From positions 1-63,561 of the forward strand of contig CACJYE010000001.1 of NCBI GenBank assembly GCA_902597555.1: a stretch of DNA of 63,561 nt, given 5' to 3'. Under the pieces are notes generated by a model. That model searched no databases and had not been told where the DNA came from. It saw only the letters and a list, made by a program, of their open reading frames with translations. This document shows, in pieces, positions 10,417 through 22,268 of this stretch; position 1 is the first letter of the stretch; every line of letters starts with the position of its first letter. Source of the DNA: an uncultured Pelagibacteraceae bacterium (GTDB lineage: Bacteria; Pseudomonadota; Alphaproteobacteria; Pelagibacterales; Pelagibacteraceae). A program made the translations under genes and the position numbers.

Positions 10417-10975
10417 TAGAGTAAGAACAGCTGTATTTATTTCAGGTAAAGGTAGTAATTTAAAATCTTTAATTAAATTTTCTAAAAATAAAAAATCTCC
10501 TATTTCAATTAACTTTGTTATTTCAAACACTTCAAAAGCAAAGGGTTTAAATTACGCAGAATTATTTAAAATTAAAAAAAAAGTTTTAAATTTTAAAAAC
10601 AAAAAATTATGTGAAAAAAAGTTACTTTTTATTTTAAAAAAAAATAATATTGAAATGATTTGTCTTGCTGGATTTATGAAAATTTTGTCAAAAAATTTTA
10701 TTGAAAAGTTTAAAGGAAGAATTTTGAATATACACCCTTCATTACTACCAAAATATAAAGGATTAAATACTCACAAAAGAGTTTTAAAAAATAAGGATAA
10801 ATACTCTGGGTGTACTGTTCACTTTGTAAATTCTAGATTAGATTCAGGAAAGATTATTCTGCAAAAAAAGGTTAAAATTTCAAAAAAAGAAACAATGAAT
10901 TCTCTTGCAAAAAAAATCTTAGCTCAAGAACATAAACTCTATCCAAAAGCTATATTAAAAATTTTTAATCTTTAA
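10394..10975 (+). CDS. purN: Phosphoribosylglycinamide formyltransferase
   Basis: AVFISGKGSNL, LAGFMKIL, NIHPSLLPKYKG and GCTVHFV motifs. Confidence 0.97.
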   Translation: MVLSTGYNRVRTAVFISGKGSNLKSLIKFSKNKKSPISINFVISNTSKAKGLNYAELFKIKKKVLNFKNKKLCEKKLLFILKKNNIEMICLAGFMKILSKNFIEKFKGRILNIHPSLLPKYKGLNTHKRVLKNKDKYSGCTVHFVNSRLDSGKIILQKKVKISKKETMNSLAKKILAQEHKLYPKAILKIFNL

Positions 10976-11381
10976 AGAAAAAATCTATTTCTATTTTAGC
11001 GTTTTCAACGCTATCTGATCCATGGACAGAGTTTTTATCTATTGAAATTCCATATTTCTTTCTAATAGTGCCTTCTTCTGCATCTTTTGGATTTGTAGCA
11101 CCCATTAATTCTCTATTTCCCAAAACTGAATTCTCTTTTTCAAGAACCATAACAACAATTGGACCAGATGAAAGATAGTCGCATAAATCATTGTAAAATG
11201 GCTTTGTTTCATGAACTTTATAAAATTTTTCTGCCTCAGATTTTTCAATTTGAATTTTTTTTTCTTTTAATATTTTAAAACCGTTAGTTTTAAACATTTC
11301 TTTAATTTCATTTTCAAGATTTCTCTCTACTGCATCGGGTTTTATTATCGATAAAGTTTGTTCTAAATTACTCATAGTCAT
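10965..11381 (-). CDS. ndk: Nucleoside diphosphate kinase
   Basis: [17 protein letters not shown] and NSVHGSDS motifs. Confidence 0.98.
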   Translation of the reverse strand: MTMSNLEQTLSIIKPDAVERNLENEIKEMFKTNGFKILKEKKIQIEKSEAEKFYKVHETKPFYNDLCDYLSSGPIVVMVLEKENSVLGNRELMGATNPKDAEEGTIRKKYGISIDKNSVHGSDSVENAKIEIDFFFKD

Positions 11382-12837
11382 CCTCTATTAGTTTATTTAA
11401 CAATCTCACTCCATAACCTGTAGCACCTCCTGAGTTTAACGCTCCACCATATTTTGAAAAAGCCATTCCAGCTATATCTAAATGTGCCCAAGGTGTTTTG
11501 TTTAAAATAAATCTTTGTAAGAATTGAGCAGCTGTTGTAGATCCTGCTCCTCCAACATAATTAATATTTTGCATATCAGCATTTTTAGAATCAATAAGTT
11601 TGTCAAAATTTTTATTTAATGGCATTCTCCAAACCTTCTCTTCAACATTTTTTCCTGCATTAATTAGTTGGTTTGATAATTTGTCATCATTTGAAAATAA
11701 ACCTGCATATTCTGATCCAAGAGAAACAATAATTGCTCCTGTTAAAGTCGCTAAATCTACTATCAATTTTGGTTTAAACTTCTCCTCTGTGTATGTTAAA
11801 GCATCAGCCAACACTAATCTTCCTTCTGCATCTGTATTTAAAATTTCAACTGTCTTTCCGCTATATGACTTTACTATATCTCCTGGTCTTTGTGCGTTAC
11901 CACCTGGCATATTTTCAACTAGCCCCACAACACCAACTGCATTTATTTTTGCTTTTCTAAGTGCTAAACTTTTCATTAATCCAACTACTACGGCAGAGCC
12001 TGCCATATCGTATGTCATATCCTCCATAAATTTCGCTGGTTTAAGAGATATTCCTCCAGTATCGAAGCAAACACCTTTGCCAACAAATGCCAAAGGTTTT
12101 GTCTTATCTTTTAAACCATTCCATTCCATGGTCACTAGATATGATCCTCTAATACTACCTTGACCAACTCCAAGTAAAGTATTCATCCCAAGTTTTTTTA
12201 ATTTTTTTTCATCGTAAATATTAATTTTTAATCCATATTTTTTTAAAGTGTTTATTCTTTTTGCATATTCATCTGGATGCAAAATATTTCCAGGTTCAGA
12301 TACTAAGTCTCGTGTATAGAAAGTGCCTTCTTCTATGGCTTTAAATTTTAATTGATCTTTTAGTGATGGTTTGTTTTTGCCAGTTACAATTATACTAATA
12401 TTTTTTGTTTTTTTTTTTGTTTTATACTTGTCAAATTTATAAGATTTTAATTTTAAGCCATGCAAAAAATGTCCAAGAAGATTGGCAGATTTACTCGGTA
12501 AGGTATCTGAATTAACATAAAAAATATTTTGTCTTAAATCTTTAAACTTATCATAAAATTTTGCTCCTAGATTTTCAGCACTATTTATTGAAAGATTTTT
12601 TTTAAATCCAATTAGTATTATTTTTTTTTTTGAATTAATATCAAAATGTATTATGCTTTTCTTTAAATCCTTAACCTTTAGAAGATCTGAAATAAATGAG
12701 TATTCGTTTCTAAGAATATGTTTTTTTAAAGTTAAAATATTAAATTTTTCGTCTACAAATAAGACAAGGTTTAATGAGTTTTTTTTTATTTGATTATTTT
12801 TATAATTAATTGCGATTGACATAATTTTTAAATACAC
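11368..12837 (-). CDS. pepA: Leucyl aminopeptidase (M17)
   Basis: [35 protein letters not shown] and WAHLDIAG motifs. True start may be at MSIAINY. Confidence 0.96.
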   Translation of the reverse strand: MYLKIMSIAINYKNNQIKKNSLNLVLFVDEKFNILTLKKHILRNEYSFISDLLKVKDLKKSIIHFDINSKKKIILIGFKKNLSINSAENLGAKFYDKFKDLRQNIFYVNSDTLPSKSANLLGHFLHGLKLKSYKFDKYKTKKKTKNISIIVTGKNKPSLKDQLKFKAIEEGTFYTRDLVSEPGNILHPDEYAKRINTLKKYGLKINIYDEKKLKKLGMNTLLGVGQGSIRGSYLVTMEWNGLKDKTKPLAFVGKGVCFDTGGISLKPAKFMEDMTYDMAGSAVVVGLMKSLALRKAKINAVGVVGLVENMPGGNAQRPGDIVKSYSGKTVEILNTDAEGRLVLADALTYTEEKFKPKLIVDLATLTGAIIVSLGSEYAGLFSNDDKLSNQLINAGKNVEEKVWRMPLNKNFDKLIDSKNADMQNINYVGGAGSTTAAQFLQRFILNKTPWAHLDIAGMAFSKYGGALNSGGATGYGVRLLNKLIEDDYE

Positions 12838-12883
12838 TCTATAAGAGTAGAGTGCTATATATGAGTAAAAATACCATTTTTCA

Positions 12884-14029
12884 ATGAAAAAAATTTTGTT
12901 CAGAAAACTTTTATCAGATTGTACAATTTTCTTTTTAATTGCTCTATTTAGTTCGAGTTTTATTATATGGATTTTTCAGGCTGTCAATTATCTAGATATC
13001 ATTGTGGAGGATGGAAGAGATTATCTAGTTTATATGCAATATTCTCTTCTAAACTTCCCAAAAATTATAAGTAAAATTTTACCATTTGCATTATTTTTTA
13101 GTTTTTCATATGTAATGACAAAATATGAAGTAAATAATGAATTAATTATTTTTTGGAATTTTGGAGTTCAAAAATTACAAATCACCAATTTTTTTATTCA
13201 GTTTTCTATTTTAGTTATGTTTTTACAACTTTTATTGACCGTAATTGTTGTGCCGGAAACTCAAAATCTTTCAAGGTCTTTGATCAGAACATCCAATGTT
13301 GATTTCTTTGAAAGTTTTGTAAAACCCAAAAAGTTTAATGATAATATAAATGGACTTACAATTTATGCAGAAGACAAAAACAATAAAGGAATATTAAAAA
13401 ATTTATATTTAAAAAAAGAAGAAGGAGAAAATTTTAAAATAACTATAGCAAAAAAAGGTGAGTTTAAAAATTTAAATAATACACAAATTCTAGTTTTAGA
13501 AGATGGTCAGACAATAAATAGTGTTAACAATAAAATCACAAATTTTTCTTTTACCAGGTCAGATTTTAATTTATCAACACTGAATACTGTAGTGGTAACA
13601 GAAGATAAAATTCAAGAAACAAAAACTCAAGAACATATAAATTGTTTAAAAAAATATTTTAAGAAAAATTTAGCATTTAACTCAGAGCAGGTAGTCTATA
13701 TAAGTCACAATTGTAGCAAAGATACATTAGATAATCTTTTTCAAGAGCTTTATAAAAGAATAATTATCCCTTTATATATACCAGTATTAATTTTAACTTC
13801 TTTATTTTTAATAATATTCACGAAGGAAAATAAAATATATCCAAAATTTAGGTTTTTTATTTTTTCTTTAGGATTTATTTTAATAATTTTATCTGAAACA
13901 TTATTACGATTTGTTAAAAGTGACTTTTATTATAATTTTAAAATTATTTTAATCCCAATAATAATTTTTATATTATTATATATTTGTTTCAATTTTCTTT
14001 TAAATAAAAATATTGGTGCTAGGACATAA
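12884..14029 (+). CDS. lptF: LPS export permease LptF
   Basis: YjgP/Q topology (3 TM, periplasmic domain, 3 TM) with [11 protein letters not shown]; first gene of the lptF-lptG-lptD cluster. Confidence 0.85.
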   Translation: MKKILFRKLLSDCTIFFLIALFSSSFIIWIFQAVNYLDIIVEDGRDYLVYMQYSLLNFPKIISKILPFALFFSFSYVMTKYEVNNELIIFWNFGVQKLQITNFFIQFSILVMFLQLLLTVIVVPETQNLSRSLIRTSNVDFFESFVKPKKFNDNINGLTIYAEDKNNKGILKNLYLKKEEGENFKITIAKKGEFKNLNNTQILVLEDGQTINSVNNKITNFSFTRSDFNLSTLNTVVVTEDKIQETKTQEHINCLKKYFKKNLAFNSEQVVYISHNCSKDTLDNLFQELYKRIIIPLYIPVLILTSLFLIIFTKENKIYPKFRFFIFSLGFILIILSETLLRFVKSDFYYNFKIILIPIIIFILLYICFNFLLNKNIGART

Positions 14030-15102
14030 TGAAAATATATATAAAATTTATTATTCTAAATTTTTTAAAATCATTTATCTTTGTAACATCAGTAATATTT
14101 TGTTTAGTTTTTATATTAAATTTACTGACAGAAATCGATTTTTTTAAAGATATAAAAGTTAAATATTACTTTCCTATATATGTTTCATTTTTAAATTCAC
14201 CTTCATTAATTTTTGAAATGTTTCCATTTATCTTTTTAATTTCTACTCAGGTTTTTTTTATAAATCTTTTAAAAAACCAACAAATTCAAACTTTTAAATA
14301 TTCAGGTTTAAAAAATTCTAAAATATTAGGTGTTTTATTATTAAGTTCTTTAATAACAGGAATAATAATTTCAACTCTTTTTTACAATTTGTCGTCAAAT
14401 TTAAAAAATATTTATCTTGAGTTAAAAAATACATATACATCTGATGATAAATATTTGGCCGTAATTACAAACAATGGATTATGGATAAAAGATAATGTTA
14501 GTAACAATATAAATATTATTAATGCCTCAAAAATCGATGACAGATTCTTACTTAATGCATCAATAACAGAATTAGATATTCAATTTAATGTAAAAAGGCA
14601 TATAGAATCTGATAAAATAGACATTTCAAATAAAAACTGGGTAGTAAGTAATCCAACAGTTTATGTGGGCAATGAAAAAGAAATAAAAAATTTTATAAGT
14701 TTTTACTCAAATTTTGACTATGAGAGAATTCAAAGCTTATTTTCAAATTTATCATCACTTTCAATAATTGAACTTTTTGAATTAAAGAAAAATTACAGTC
14801 TATTAAATTTATCAACAATAGAGGTAGGAATACAAATACAAAAAATTTTTTCTTTTCCACTATATCTATGTTTAATGTGTTTCTTGGCTTCTATAATAAT
14901 GTTTAATACAAAACAGTTTAAAAGTAATACATTCAAAATTTCTCTAGGATTATTTTTTTCAGTATTAATTTATTATATGAATAATTTTTTTAATGTGATG
15001 GGTAAGACAGAACAAATACCAATGCTTTTCTCAATTTGGACACCAATAATTATATTATTTATAATTAACTCAATTTATACTTTTAGAATTAATGAAAAAT
15101 AA
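14029..15102 (+). CDS. lptG: LPS export permease LptG
   Basis: YjgP/Q topology with GLWIKD segment; follows lptF. Confidence 0.85.
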   Translation: MKIYIKFIILNFLKSFIFVTSVIFCLVFILNLLTEIDFFKDIKVKYYFPIYVSFLNSPSLIFEMFPFIFLISTQVFFINLLKNQQIQTFKYSGLKNSKILGVLLLSSLITGIIISTLFYNLSSNLKNIYLELKNTYTSDDKYLAVITNNGLWIKDNVSNNINIINASKIDDRFLLNASITELDIQFNVKRHIESDKIDISNKNWVVSNPTVYVGNEKEIKNFISFYSNFDYERIQSLFSNLSSLSIIELFELKKNYSLLNLSTIEVGIQIQKIFSFPLYLCLMCFLASIIMFNTKQFKSNTFKISLGLFFSVLIYYMNNFFNVMGKTEQIPMLFSIWTPIIILFIINSIYTFRINEK

Positions 15103-17950
15103 ATTTAAATACTTAATGCAAATTTTTTGTATATATATATTTTTGGTAAATATAGTTTCAGCAAACGAAATATTTAATTTTGATGTAACTGAAGTAGAAA
15201 TAAAAGAAAATGGTAATCAATTCATTGGCAAAAAAGGAGGTACTGCTACTTCATCAGATGGATTAACGATAACAGCAATAAATTTTGATTACGATAAAAT
15301 AAAAAATATTTTAATCGCCTCTGGTAATGTAGTGATTGATGATAAAATAAATCAGACTATAATTTATTCAAACAAAATTACATATATTAAAAATGATGAA
15401 TTATTTTTTACAGAAGGTAACTCAAAAGCTTTAGGAAATGATTTAATAATAATTGCAGATAAATTTAAATATAATAAAATTTTAAATAATCTATATGCTA
15501 GTGGCAAAGTAAAAATTGAAAATAAAAAAGAAAATTATTTAATTTTTTCTGACAATGTAACTTATAATAAAAATTTAGAATTATTTCTTACTGAAAAAAA
15601 TTCAAAAGCGATCAATAATGGAATTACAATAACTGCGGATAATTTAAAGTATGATAGAATTAAAGATGTTCTTAATGCAAATGGAAAAGTTTTTATAGAA
15701 GATAAGATTGAAAATTATACTATCAGTGCTAACGATATTACATTCAATAAAAAATTAAACCAAATTTATACTAATGGAAAAACTAATGCGGAAATTCAAT
15801 CAAAATATAATTTTGTATCAAGTGATGTTAAAATTGATAGAAATTTAAGACAACTTAAGTCTGATCAAAATTCTATTTTAACTGACGACAACTTTAATAT
15901 ATATAAACTTACAGATTTTTTATATTTCTATGAAAAAAAATTTTTAAAAGGTAAAAATATTGAAGTCGTAACAAATTCTCAAAGCAAAAAAAAAGACAAA
16001 TTTTTTTTCAGTGATGGTTTCTTTAATTTTTCTGATAATTCATTTATTTCAAAAGATACAAGAGTTAATCTTAATAAAAAATTATTTGATAAAGAACGAG
16101 AATTAGAAGAAGATCAAAAAAATACATTCTTAAGTCAAAATGATCCCAGAATCTATTCAGTTTCCTCTAAAGGAAATCAAGATAAAGTTGTCTTAAATAA
16201 AGCAATTTTTACAAGTTGTAAAAATAATAACAATTGTCCTGCCTGGAGCATAAAAGCTGATAAAATTACGCACGATAGAGTAAATCAAAATATTCATTAC
16301 AATAATGCAATATTGAATATTTATGATGTGCCAGTTTTCTATTTTCCCAAATTTTTTCACCCTGACCCATCAGTCGATAGAAGATCTGGTCTTCTTCAGC
16401 CAAGACTTAATAACTCAAATGTGTTGGGATCGTCTTTAAATCTTCCATATTTTAATGTGATTTCAGATAACAAAGATATGACATTTAAACCAACTATATT
16501 TGATAATAAAATGTACATGTTCCAAAACGAATATCGTCAAGAAAATAAAAATTCATCCTTTTTAGCTGATTTTAGCTATACAAAAGGCTATCAATCCAGT
16601 GTTGCTGGTGACGGAAATAGAAATAGTATTTCCCATTTATTCTCAAAATTTAATTTAGATCTAGATTTAAAAGATTTTAAAACCAGCAAACTAAATGTAT
16701 TTTTAGAAAAAATAAATAACGATACTTATTTAAAAGTTTTTGAAAATGTTTTGCTTGTTGATGAAAGACTTGAAAAAGATTTAGAAGATAAAAATAATCT
16801 TATATCTGGTATTGAATTAGCTTTGGATAAAGAAAATTATAATTTTACAGCAGGTTTGACCATTTATGAAAATCTTCAAGAAAAAAATAATGATCGTTAT
16901 CAATATGTTATGCCATTTTATGATTTGTCAACATCATTATTTTCTAATGAAAATGGAGGATTAAATTTTAAAACAAAAGGAAGAAATTCTTTAAAAGATA
17001 CTAATAATTTAAGAAGTACAATCACTAACTCACTTGATTATACAACAAAAGATTTATATTCAAAAAAAGGTTTTGTAAATAATTTCGGGGTTTATTTTAA
17101 AAATTTAAATGTAACAGGTAAAAATGATATAAAGTATAAATCAAGTATTCAAAGTGAATTACTAAATATTTACGAAATAAATTCAAAATTACCTTTGATA
17201 AAATATAATAATTTTACGACAGATTATTTTACGCCAAAAATATCATTCAGAATTAATCCTAGTGATATGAAAAATTATTCTAGTGATAACAGACTAATAA
17301 CAACTGATAATATTTTTGATATTAATAGATTGGGTATTAGTGATAGTTACGAGTCAGGCAAATCATTGACTCTTGGTATTGATTACAAAAAAGAAAACAA
17401 AGAAAATGATGAAGAATTTTTGGAAATAAAATTAGCAACAGTTTTAAGAGATAAGAAAGAAGATAAAATTCCAACTACTAGTTCAATTAATCGAACTACA
17501 TCAAATTTATTTGGCTCAATAGAAAATAGTTTTTCCAAATTTCTTTCATTGAACTACGACTTTGCAATTGATAATGATTATAATAAATTTGAATATAATT
17601 CTGTTGAAGCAGAAATCTCAGTTAACAACTTTGTAACTACTTTTAATTTTTTAGAAAAAGATGGAGAAACTGGAGACTTGAATACACTTGAAAATACAAC
17701 AAGAATAACAATCGATGATAATAATAATTTATTATTTAAAACCAGACGTAATCGAAAAATTAGTTTAACCGAATATTATGATTTAGTATACGAATATCAA
17801 AATGATTGTTTAACTGCTGGAATAAAGTATCGAAAAACTTATTATCAGGATCGAGATCTTAAACCTAAAGAGGATTTATTTTTCACAATAACGCTATTTC
17901 CATTAACATCATTTGATCAACAAATAGATCAGTCATTATATAGAAATTAG
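15092..17950 (+). CDS. lptD: LPS assembly protein LptD with an expanded N-terminal repeat region
   Basis: FTSC..CPAWSI.A, PVFYFPKFFHPDP..RRSGLLQP and YEYQNDCL motifs; synteny with surA-pdxA-rsmA. Confidence 0.92.
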   Translation: MKNKFKYLMQIFCIYIFLVNIVSANEIFNFDVTEVEIKENGNQFIGKKGGTATSSDGLTITAINFDYDKIKNILIASGNVVIDDKINQTIIYSNKITYIKNDELFFTEGNSKALGNDLIIIADKFKYNKILNNLYASGKVKIENKKENYLIFSDNVTYNKNLELFLTEKNSKAINNGITITADNLKYDRIKDVLNANGKVFIEDKIENYTISANDITFNKKLNQIYTNGKTNAEIQSKYNFVSSDVKIDRNLRQLKSDQNSILTDDNFNIYKLTDFLYFYEKKFLKGKNIEVVTNSQSKKKDKFFFSDGFFNFSDNSFISKDTRVNLNKKLFDKERELEEDQKNTFLSQNDPRIYSVSSKGNQDKVVLNKAIFTSCKNNNNCPAWSIKADKITHDRVNQNIHYNNAILNIYDVPVFYFPKFFHPDPSVDRRSGLLQPRLNNSNVLGSSLNLPYFNVISDNKDMTFKPTIFDNKMYMFQNEYRQENKNSSFLADFSYTKGYQSSVAGDGNRNSISHLFSKFNLDLDLKDFKTSKLNVFLEKINNDTYLKVFENVLLVDERLEKDLEDKNNLISGIELALDKENYNFTAGLTIYENLQEKNNDRYQYVMPFYDLSTSLFSNENGGLNFKTKGRNSLKDTNNLRSTITNSLDYTTKDLYSKKGFVNNFGVYFKNLNVTGKNDIKYKSSIQSELLNIYEINSKLPLIKYNNFTTDYFTPKISFRINPSDMKNYSSDNRLITTDNIFDINRLGISDSYESGKSLTLGIDYKKENKENDEEFLEIKLATVLRDKKEDKIPTTSSINRTTSNLFGSIENSFSKFLSLNYDFAIDNDYNKFEYNSVEAEISVNNFVTTFNFLEKDGETGDLNTLENTTRITIDDNNNLLFKTRRNRKISLTEYYDLVYEYQNDCLTAGIKYRKTYYQDRDLKPKEDLFFTITLFPLTSFDQQIDQSLYRN
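15260..15799 (+). repeat. Three tandem 60-aa (180 bp) OstA-like repeats inside lptD
   Basis: GLTITAINFDYDKIKNILIASGNV...TEGNSKA / DLIIIADKFKYNKILNNLYASGKV...TEKNSKA / GITITADNLKYDRIKDVLNANGKV...TNGKTNA start at residues 57, 117 and 177. Confidence 0.88.
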
Positions 17951-17952
17951 AG

Positions 17953-18876
17953 ATGAAATTTTTAATTTTAATTATGATATTTAACTTTTTTTTTGTAAAA
18001 AATCTTTACGCATTAGAAAATAAAATAATACTAAAAATCGAAAATGAAATCATTACTAGTATAGATATAGCAAATGAAATTAGTTATTTAGAGGCATTAA
18101 ACCCAAAAATTAAAAATTTAAAAAAAAATGAATTGAATGAAATTGCAAAAAATTCTCTTATTAAAGAAAATATAAAAAGAAATGAACTTTTAAGATATAT
18201 TGAGGAGATAAAATTAGATCAAGAATTTTTAAGCAAATTAATAAGAGAGAGATATTCAAGATTAAACTTAAAAAACAAAGATGAGTTTTTGAATTATTTA
18301 AAAAATTACGATGTTAATATAAAAATAATTGAAAAAAAAATCTCATTAGAAGCTTTATGGAACCAATTAATTTATCAAAAATTTTCATCAAAAGTAAAGA
18401 TTGATAAAGAAGATTTACTTAAAGAAATAGAGTCCGATTTAAATTTGGGCGAAAAAAATTATTTATTATCGGAAATTGTTTTTAAATTAAAAAATAAAAA
18501 AGATCTAAACAAAATATATTCAGAGATAAAAGAATCAATTTTAAAAGTTGGTTTTGAAAATACTGCTTTGGTATATAGCACATCAGATAGTTCAAATTTA
18601 GGAGGAAAGTTAGGCTGGATAAAAGAAAGTTCACTCAATAAAATAATTCAAAATAACCTAACTAAATTGGAAAAAAATCAAATAACAAATCCAATATTTT
18701 CACCAAATGGATATATTATCTTAAAAATTGATGATATTAAATTTACGAAAAAAAACTATGATAAGAAAAAAATATTAGAGAACTTAATAAAATCAAGAAC
18801 TAATCAGCAATTAAATCAATTTTCAAATATGTATTTTAACAAAATAAAAAAAGATACAAATATCAATGAATTCTAA
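17953..18876 (+). CDS. surA: SurA-like chaperone / parvulin PPIase
   Basis: Signal peptide, IENEIITSIDI, FENTALVYS and GGKLGWI; lies between lptD and pdxA. Confidence 0.85.
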   Translation: MKFLILIMIFNFFFVKNLYALENKIILKIENEIITSIDIANEISYLEALNPKIKNLKKNELNEIAKNSLIKENIKRNELLRYIEEIKLDQEFLSKLIRERYSRLNLKNKDEFLNYLKNYDVNIKIIEKKISLEALWNQLIYQKFSSKVKIDKEDLLKEIESDLNLGEKNYLLSEIVFKLKNKKDLNKIYSEIKESILKVGFENTALVYSTSDSSNLGGKLGWIKESSLNKIIQNNLTKLEKNQITNPIFSPNGYIILKIDDIKFTKKNYDKKKILENLIKSRTNQQLNQFSNMYFNKIKKDTNINEF

Positions 18877-19831
18877 GCCTATTCTAATTGTAGCTGGTGA
18901 GCCAAATAGTGTTTTTTTAGAAATTTTTTTTAAAAGCTTGAAAAAAAATAATTTTAAAAAAACATTAATTTTAATTGGATCCTTAAAACTTTTAAAACTA
19001 CAAATGAAAAAATTGAATTATAGAAGAAAAATAAGATTATTAGAGTTGAACAAATTAAAAAAATATAAATTAAATAATTTATCAATAAATTTAATAAATG
19101 TTGAATACACTCAAAAAAACGCATTTGAAAAAATATCAATAAAATCAAATTCATACATTGAAAATTCATTTAAGTTAGCAATTAAACTTTTGAAAAATGG
19201 TTATTCGGACAAATTAATTAATGGTCCAATATCTAAAAAAACTTTTCTTAATAAAAAATATCCTGGAATTACTGAATATCTTACTAAAAAATTTTTAATT
19301 AACAAAAGCGCAATGTTAATTTATAACAAAGAACTTTCTGTCTGTCCTGTTACAACTCATTTACCACTAAAATTAGTGACAAAGAAAATTAATAAAGAAA
19401 TGATCTTAGATAAGATAAAACTAATTAATTTTTTTTACAAAAAAAATTTTTCAATTATACCTAGGATAGCTATTTTAGGAGTAAACCCTCATTGTGAAAG
19501 TTTACTTAAAAAAAACGAAGATGATTTGATTATAAGACCTTTAATAAAAAAATTAATCAAATCAAATTATAATGTTTCAGGCCCTCACTCTGCAGATACT
19601 ATTTTCTTAAAAAAAAATAGAATAAAATATGACGTAATTGTAGGTATGTATCACGATCAAGTTCTAACGCCTTTAAAAACTTTATTTGAATATGATGCTA
19701 TAAATATAACTTTGGGATTACCTTTTATCAGAATATCGCCTGATCATGGGCCTAATGAAGAGATGATTGGAAAAAATGTATCAAACCCTCTAAGCCTAAT
19801 TAAAGCAATTAAATTTTTAGATAAAAATTGA
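18866..19831 (+). CDS. pdxA: 4-hydroxythreonine-4-phosphate dehydrogenase
   Basis: AGEPNS, TTHLPL, NPHC, MYHDQ and GLPFIRISPDHG motifs. Confidence 0.95.
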   Translation: MNSKPILIVAGEPNSVFLEIFFKSLKKNNFKKTLILIGSLKLLKLQMKKLNYRRKIRLLELNKLKKYKLNNLSINLINVEYTQKNAFEKISIKSNSYIENSFKLAIKLLKNGYSDKLINGPISKKTFLNKKYPGITEYLTKKFLINKSAMLIYNKELSVCPVTTHLPLKLVTKKINKEMILDKIKLINFFYKKNFSIIPRIAILGVNPHCESLLKKNEDDLIIRPLIKKLIKSNYNVSGPHSADTIFLKKNRIKYDVIVGMYHDQVLTPLKTLFEYDAINITLGLPFIRISPDHGPNEEMIGKNVSNPLSLIKAIKFLDKN

Positions 19832-20613
19832 TTAAAGCAAAAAAAAGTTTAGGTCAAAATTTTCTAATTGATAAAAATATTTTAGAAAAAATTGTCAATA
19901 CTGCAAATATTAAAAATAAAACAATACTTGAGATTGGACCAGGCACTGGAAATCTCACATCGCATATACTCAAAAAAAAACCAAAAAAAGTAGTTGTTAT
20001 TGAAAAAGATGATGAGCTTGCAAATAATCTTAAAGATAAATTTAATAATCAACTTACAATTATAAATGATGATATTTTAAAAATAGATGAAACAAGACTT
20101 TTTGAAGATACAGCTATAGTTTTTGGTAATTTACCTTATAATATTTCAACCGAAATACTTAGTAAATGGATAAAAAATTTAAAAGAACGTTTTTGGTTTG
20201 AATGCCTAATTTTAATGTTTCAGAAAGAAGTTGCAGATAGAATAATTGCTGAATTTAATACATCAAAATATGGAAGGCTATCAATTATTTGTAATTGGAA
20301 ACTAAATATTAAAAAATCATGTGATATAAAACCGAGTGCATTTTTTCCACAACCAAAAGTAGATAGCTCCCTACTAATTTTTTATCCTAAAAAAAATTTT
20401 ATTAAAATTAATGATCCGAACAACTTGGAAAAAATTACTAGAATTTTTTTTAACCAAAGAAGGAAAATGTTAAAGAAACCTTATAATCAACTTTTTAATG
20501 GAGATCAAAGAGTGTTAGATAAACTTAAAATTGATTTAACAATGAGGCCACAAAATATAAATCTAGAAACTTATTACAAGCTGACTTGTGAATACGAAAA
20601 TTTAAGAGGTTAA
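19828..20613 (+). CDS. rsmA: 16S rRNA m6,2A dimethyltransferase KsgA
   Basis: [25 protein letters not shown] and MFQKEVA motifs; TTG start. Confidence 0.97.
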   Translation: MIKAKKSLGQNFLIDKNILEKIVNTANIKNKTILEIGPGTGNLTSHILKKKPKKVVVIEKDDELANNLKDKFNNQLTIINDDILKIDETRLFEDTAIVFGNLPYNISTEILSKWIKNLKERFWFECLILMFQKEVADRIIAEFNTSKYGRLSIICNWKLNIKKSCDIKPSAFFPQPKVDSSLLIFYPKKNFIKINDPNNLEKITRIFFNQRRKMLKKPYNQLFNGDQRVLDKLKIDLTMRPQNINLETYYKLTCEYENLRG

Positions 20614-21234
20614 TTTTTCAACATGACTTCTAATATAATTTAGATCGTAATCTTTAGAGCCATTATTTATTACTGCATTAGTTAAATTATTTATTTTGTT
20701 GTAACATTCATTTAGATCATTATTTATAACTACGTAATCATAATTTATCCAATGTAACACATCTCTTTCAAATTGTTTCATTCTCTCCTCAGCTATTGAT
20801 TTATCATTTGCATGTCGCTTAGATAGCCTTTCAAATAAAACTTCTCTACTAGGAGGGAGTATAAAAAAAGTGATTAATTTATAATCTAATTTTTTATTCT
20901 TAATTTGATCAGCTCCCTGCCAATCGATATCAAAAAGAACATTTTTCCCTTTATTTAATTTATTTATTACAGGTGTTCTTGTTGTGCCGTAAAAATTGTT
21001 AAAAACTTTTGCGTATTCTAGAAATTCTTCATTTTTAATTAACCTATTAAATTCTAACTCATCAACAAAAAAATAATCTTCGTTTTGATTTTCATTAGGT
21101 CTAGGTTTTCTTGTTGTATGTGATATGGAGATTTCAAAATTATCTTGTTCAGACAACCTTTTAACTAGAGTTGTTTTGCCTGCTCCTGATGGAGAAGACA
21201 ATATAATCATTACCCCATCTTTATCTGATGGCAT
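20602..21234 (-). CDS. gmk: Guanylate kinase
   Basis: [18 protein letters not shown] and FDIDWQG motifs. Confidence 0.97.
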   Translation of the reverse strand: MPSDKDGVMIILSSPSGAGKTTLVKRLSEQDNFEISISHTTRKPRPNENQNEDYFFVDELEFNRLIKNEEFLEYAKVFNNFYGTTRTPVINKLNKGKNVLFDIDWQGADQIKNKKLDYKLITFFILPPSREVLFERLSKRHANDKSIAEERMKQFERDVLHWINYDYVVINNDLNECYNKINNLTNAVINNGSKDYDLNYIRSHVEKLTS

Positions 21235-21242
21235 TAAAATTT

Positions 21243-21482
21243 CTAGTTTGCTTTTCCTTCGATAAATTTAACTGCATCACCAACAGTTAAAATTTTCTCA
21301 GCTTCACTGTCTGAAATTTCAGATCCAAATTCTTCCTCAAAAGCCATCACTAATTCAACTGTATCTAAACTATCAGCTCCCAAATCATCTATAAAACTAG
21401 ATTCCTCTGTAACCTTTACTTCGTCAATACCTAAGTGATCTGCTACAATTTTTTTTACTTTACTTGAAACGTCTTCTGACAT
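21243..21482 (-). CDS. acpP: Acyl carrier protein
   Basis: [20 protein letters not shown] motif. Confidence 0.98.
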   Translation of the reverse strand: MSEDVSSKVKKIVADHLGIDEVKVTEESSFIDDLGADSLDTVELVMAFEEEFGSEISDSEAEKILTVGDAVKFIEGKAN

Positions 21483-21530
21483 ATTGATCCTTTTCGTTAT
21501 AAATTCTTAATAGTTTAAAAACCTGTTTTG

Positions 21531-22268
21531 TCAAGCCATATACATGCCTCCATTAACATGCAAGGTTTCACCATTTATATAATTTGATAGATTTGAGCTT
21601 AAAAAAAGTACTGCATTTGCGATATCATCTGGCTGTCCTAAGCGCGCTGAGGGAATTTTAGATATTATCACCTCTTTAAACTTATCATCTAATTTATCAG
21701 TCATAGCAGTTTTAATGAAGCCTGGAGATATACAATTTATATTTATGTTTTTTTTAGCATACTCTATAGCTAAACTCTTTGACATCGCAATAATTCCTGC
21801 TTTAGAAGCTGTGTAATTAGCTTGCCCTAAATTTCCAGTATGACCAACTACAGATGTGATATTTACAATTTTACCTGATTTATTTTTAAGCATTTTTTTA
21901 ATTGCAAATTTACTAATAAGAAAAGTTGACGTTAAGTTAATATCAATTACCTTTTGCCACTCTTCTAAACTCATTCTTATTGCCAAGTTATCTTGAGTGA
22001 TTCCCGCATTATTTACTATACAATCTAGATTTCCGCCAAGCTCTTTTGTTGAGTTTTCAATAAATTCCTCAATTTTGTCGTTTTGAGAAATATCAAATTT
22101 TAGTATTTTTATATTTGTAAATTTATTTTTAAGCTCATCAAGTTTTTCTATTTTTGTTCCTGAAGCTAATATATTTGCTCCAGTTTGATTTAACTTTTCA
22201 ATTATTGAATTTCCAATTCCACCTGAAGCACCTGTAACAATAATATTTTTACCTTTTAAATCTATCAT
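21531..22268 (-). CDS. fabG: 3-oxoacyl-ACP reductase
   Basis: TGASGGIG, NNAGIT, GQANYTASK and LHVNGG motifs; fabD-fabG-acpP order. Confidence 0.97.
   Translation of the reverse strand: MIDLKGKNIIVTGASGGIGNSIIEKLNQTGANILASGTKIEKLDELKNKFTNIKILKFDISQNDKIEEFIENSTKELGGNLDCIVNNAGITQDNLAIRMSLEEWQKVIDINLTSTFLISKFAIKKMLKNKSGKIVNITSVVGHTGNLGQANYTASKAGIIAMSKSLAIEYAKKNININCISPGFIKTAMTDKLDDKFKEVIISKIPSARLGQPDDIANAVLFLSSNLSNYINGETLHVNGGMYMA

Noticed and set aside
9828-12163. Long antisense ORFs 9828-10406 and 11600-12163, plus the other short shadow ORFs in the track (e.g. 1593, 3094, 5083, 34883, 46940, 50651, 55776, 59044)
   Set aside because: They lie entirely within well-supported genes on the opposite strand or in another frame, have biased F/L/I/S composition and show no motifs.
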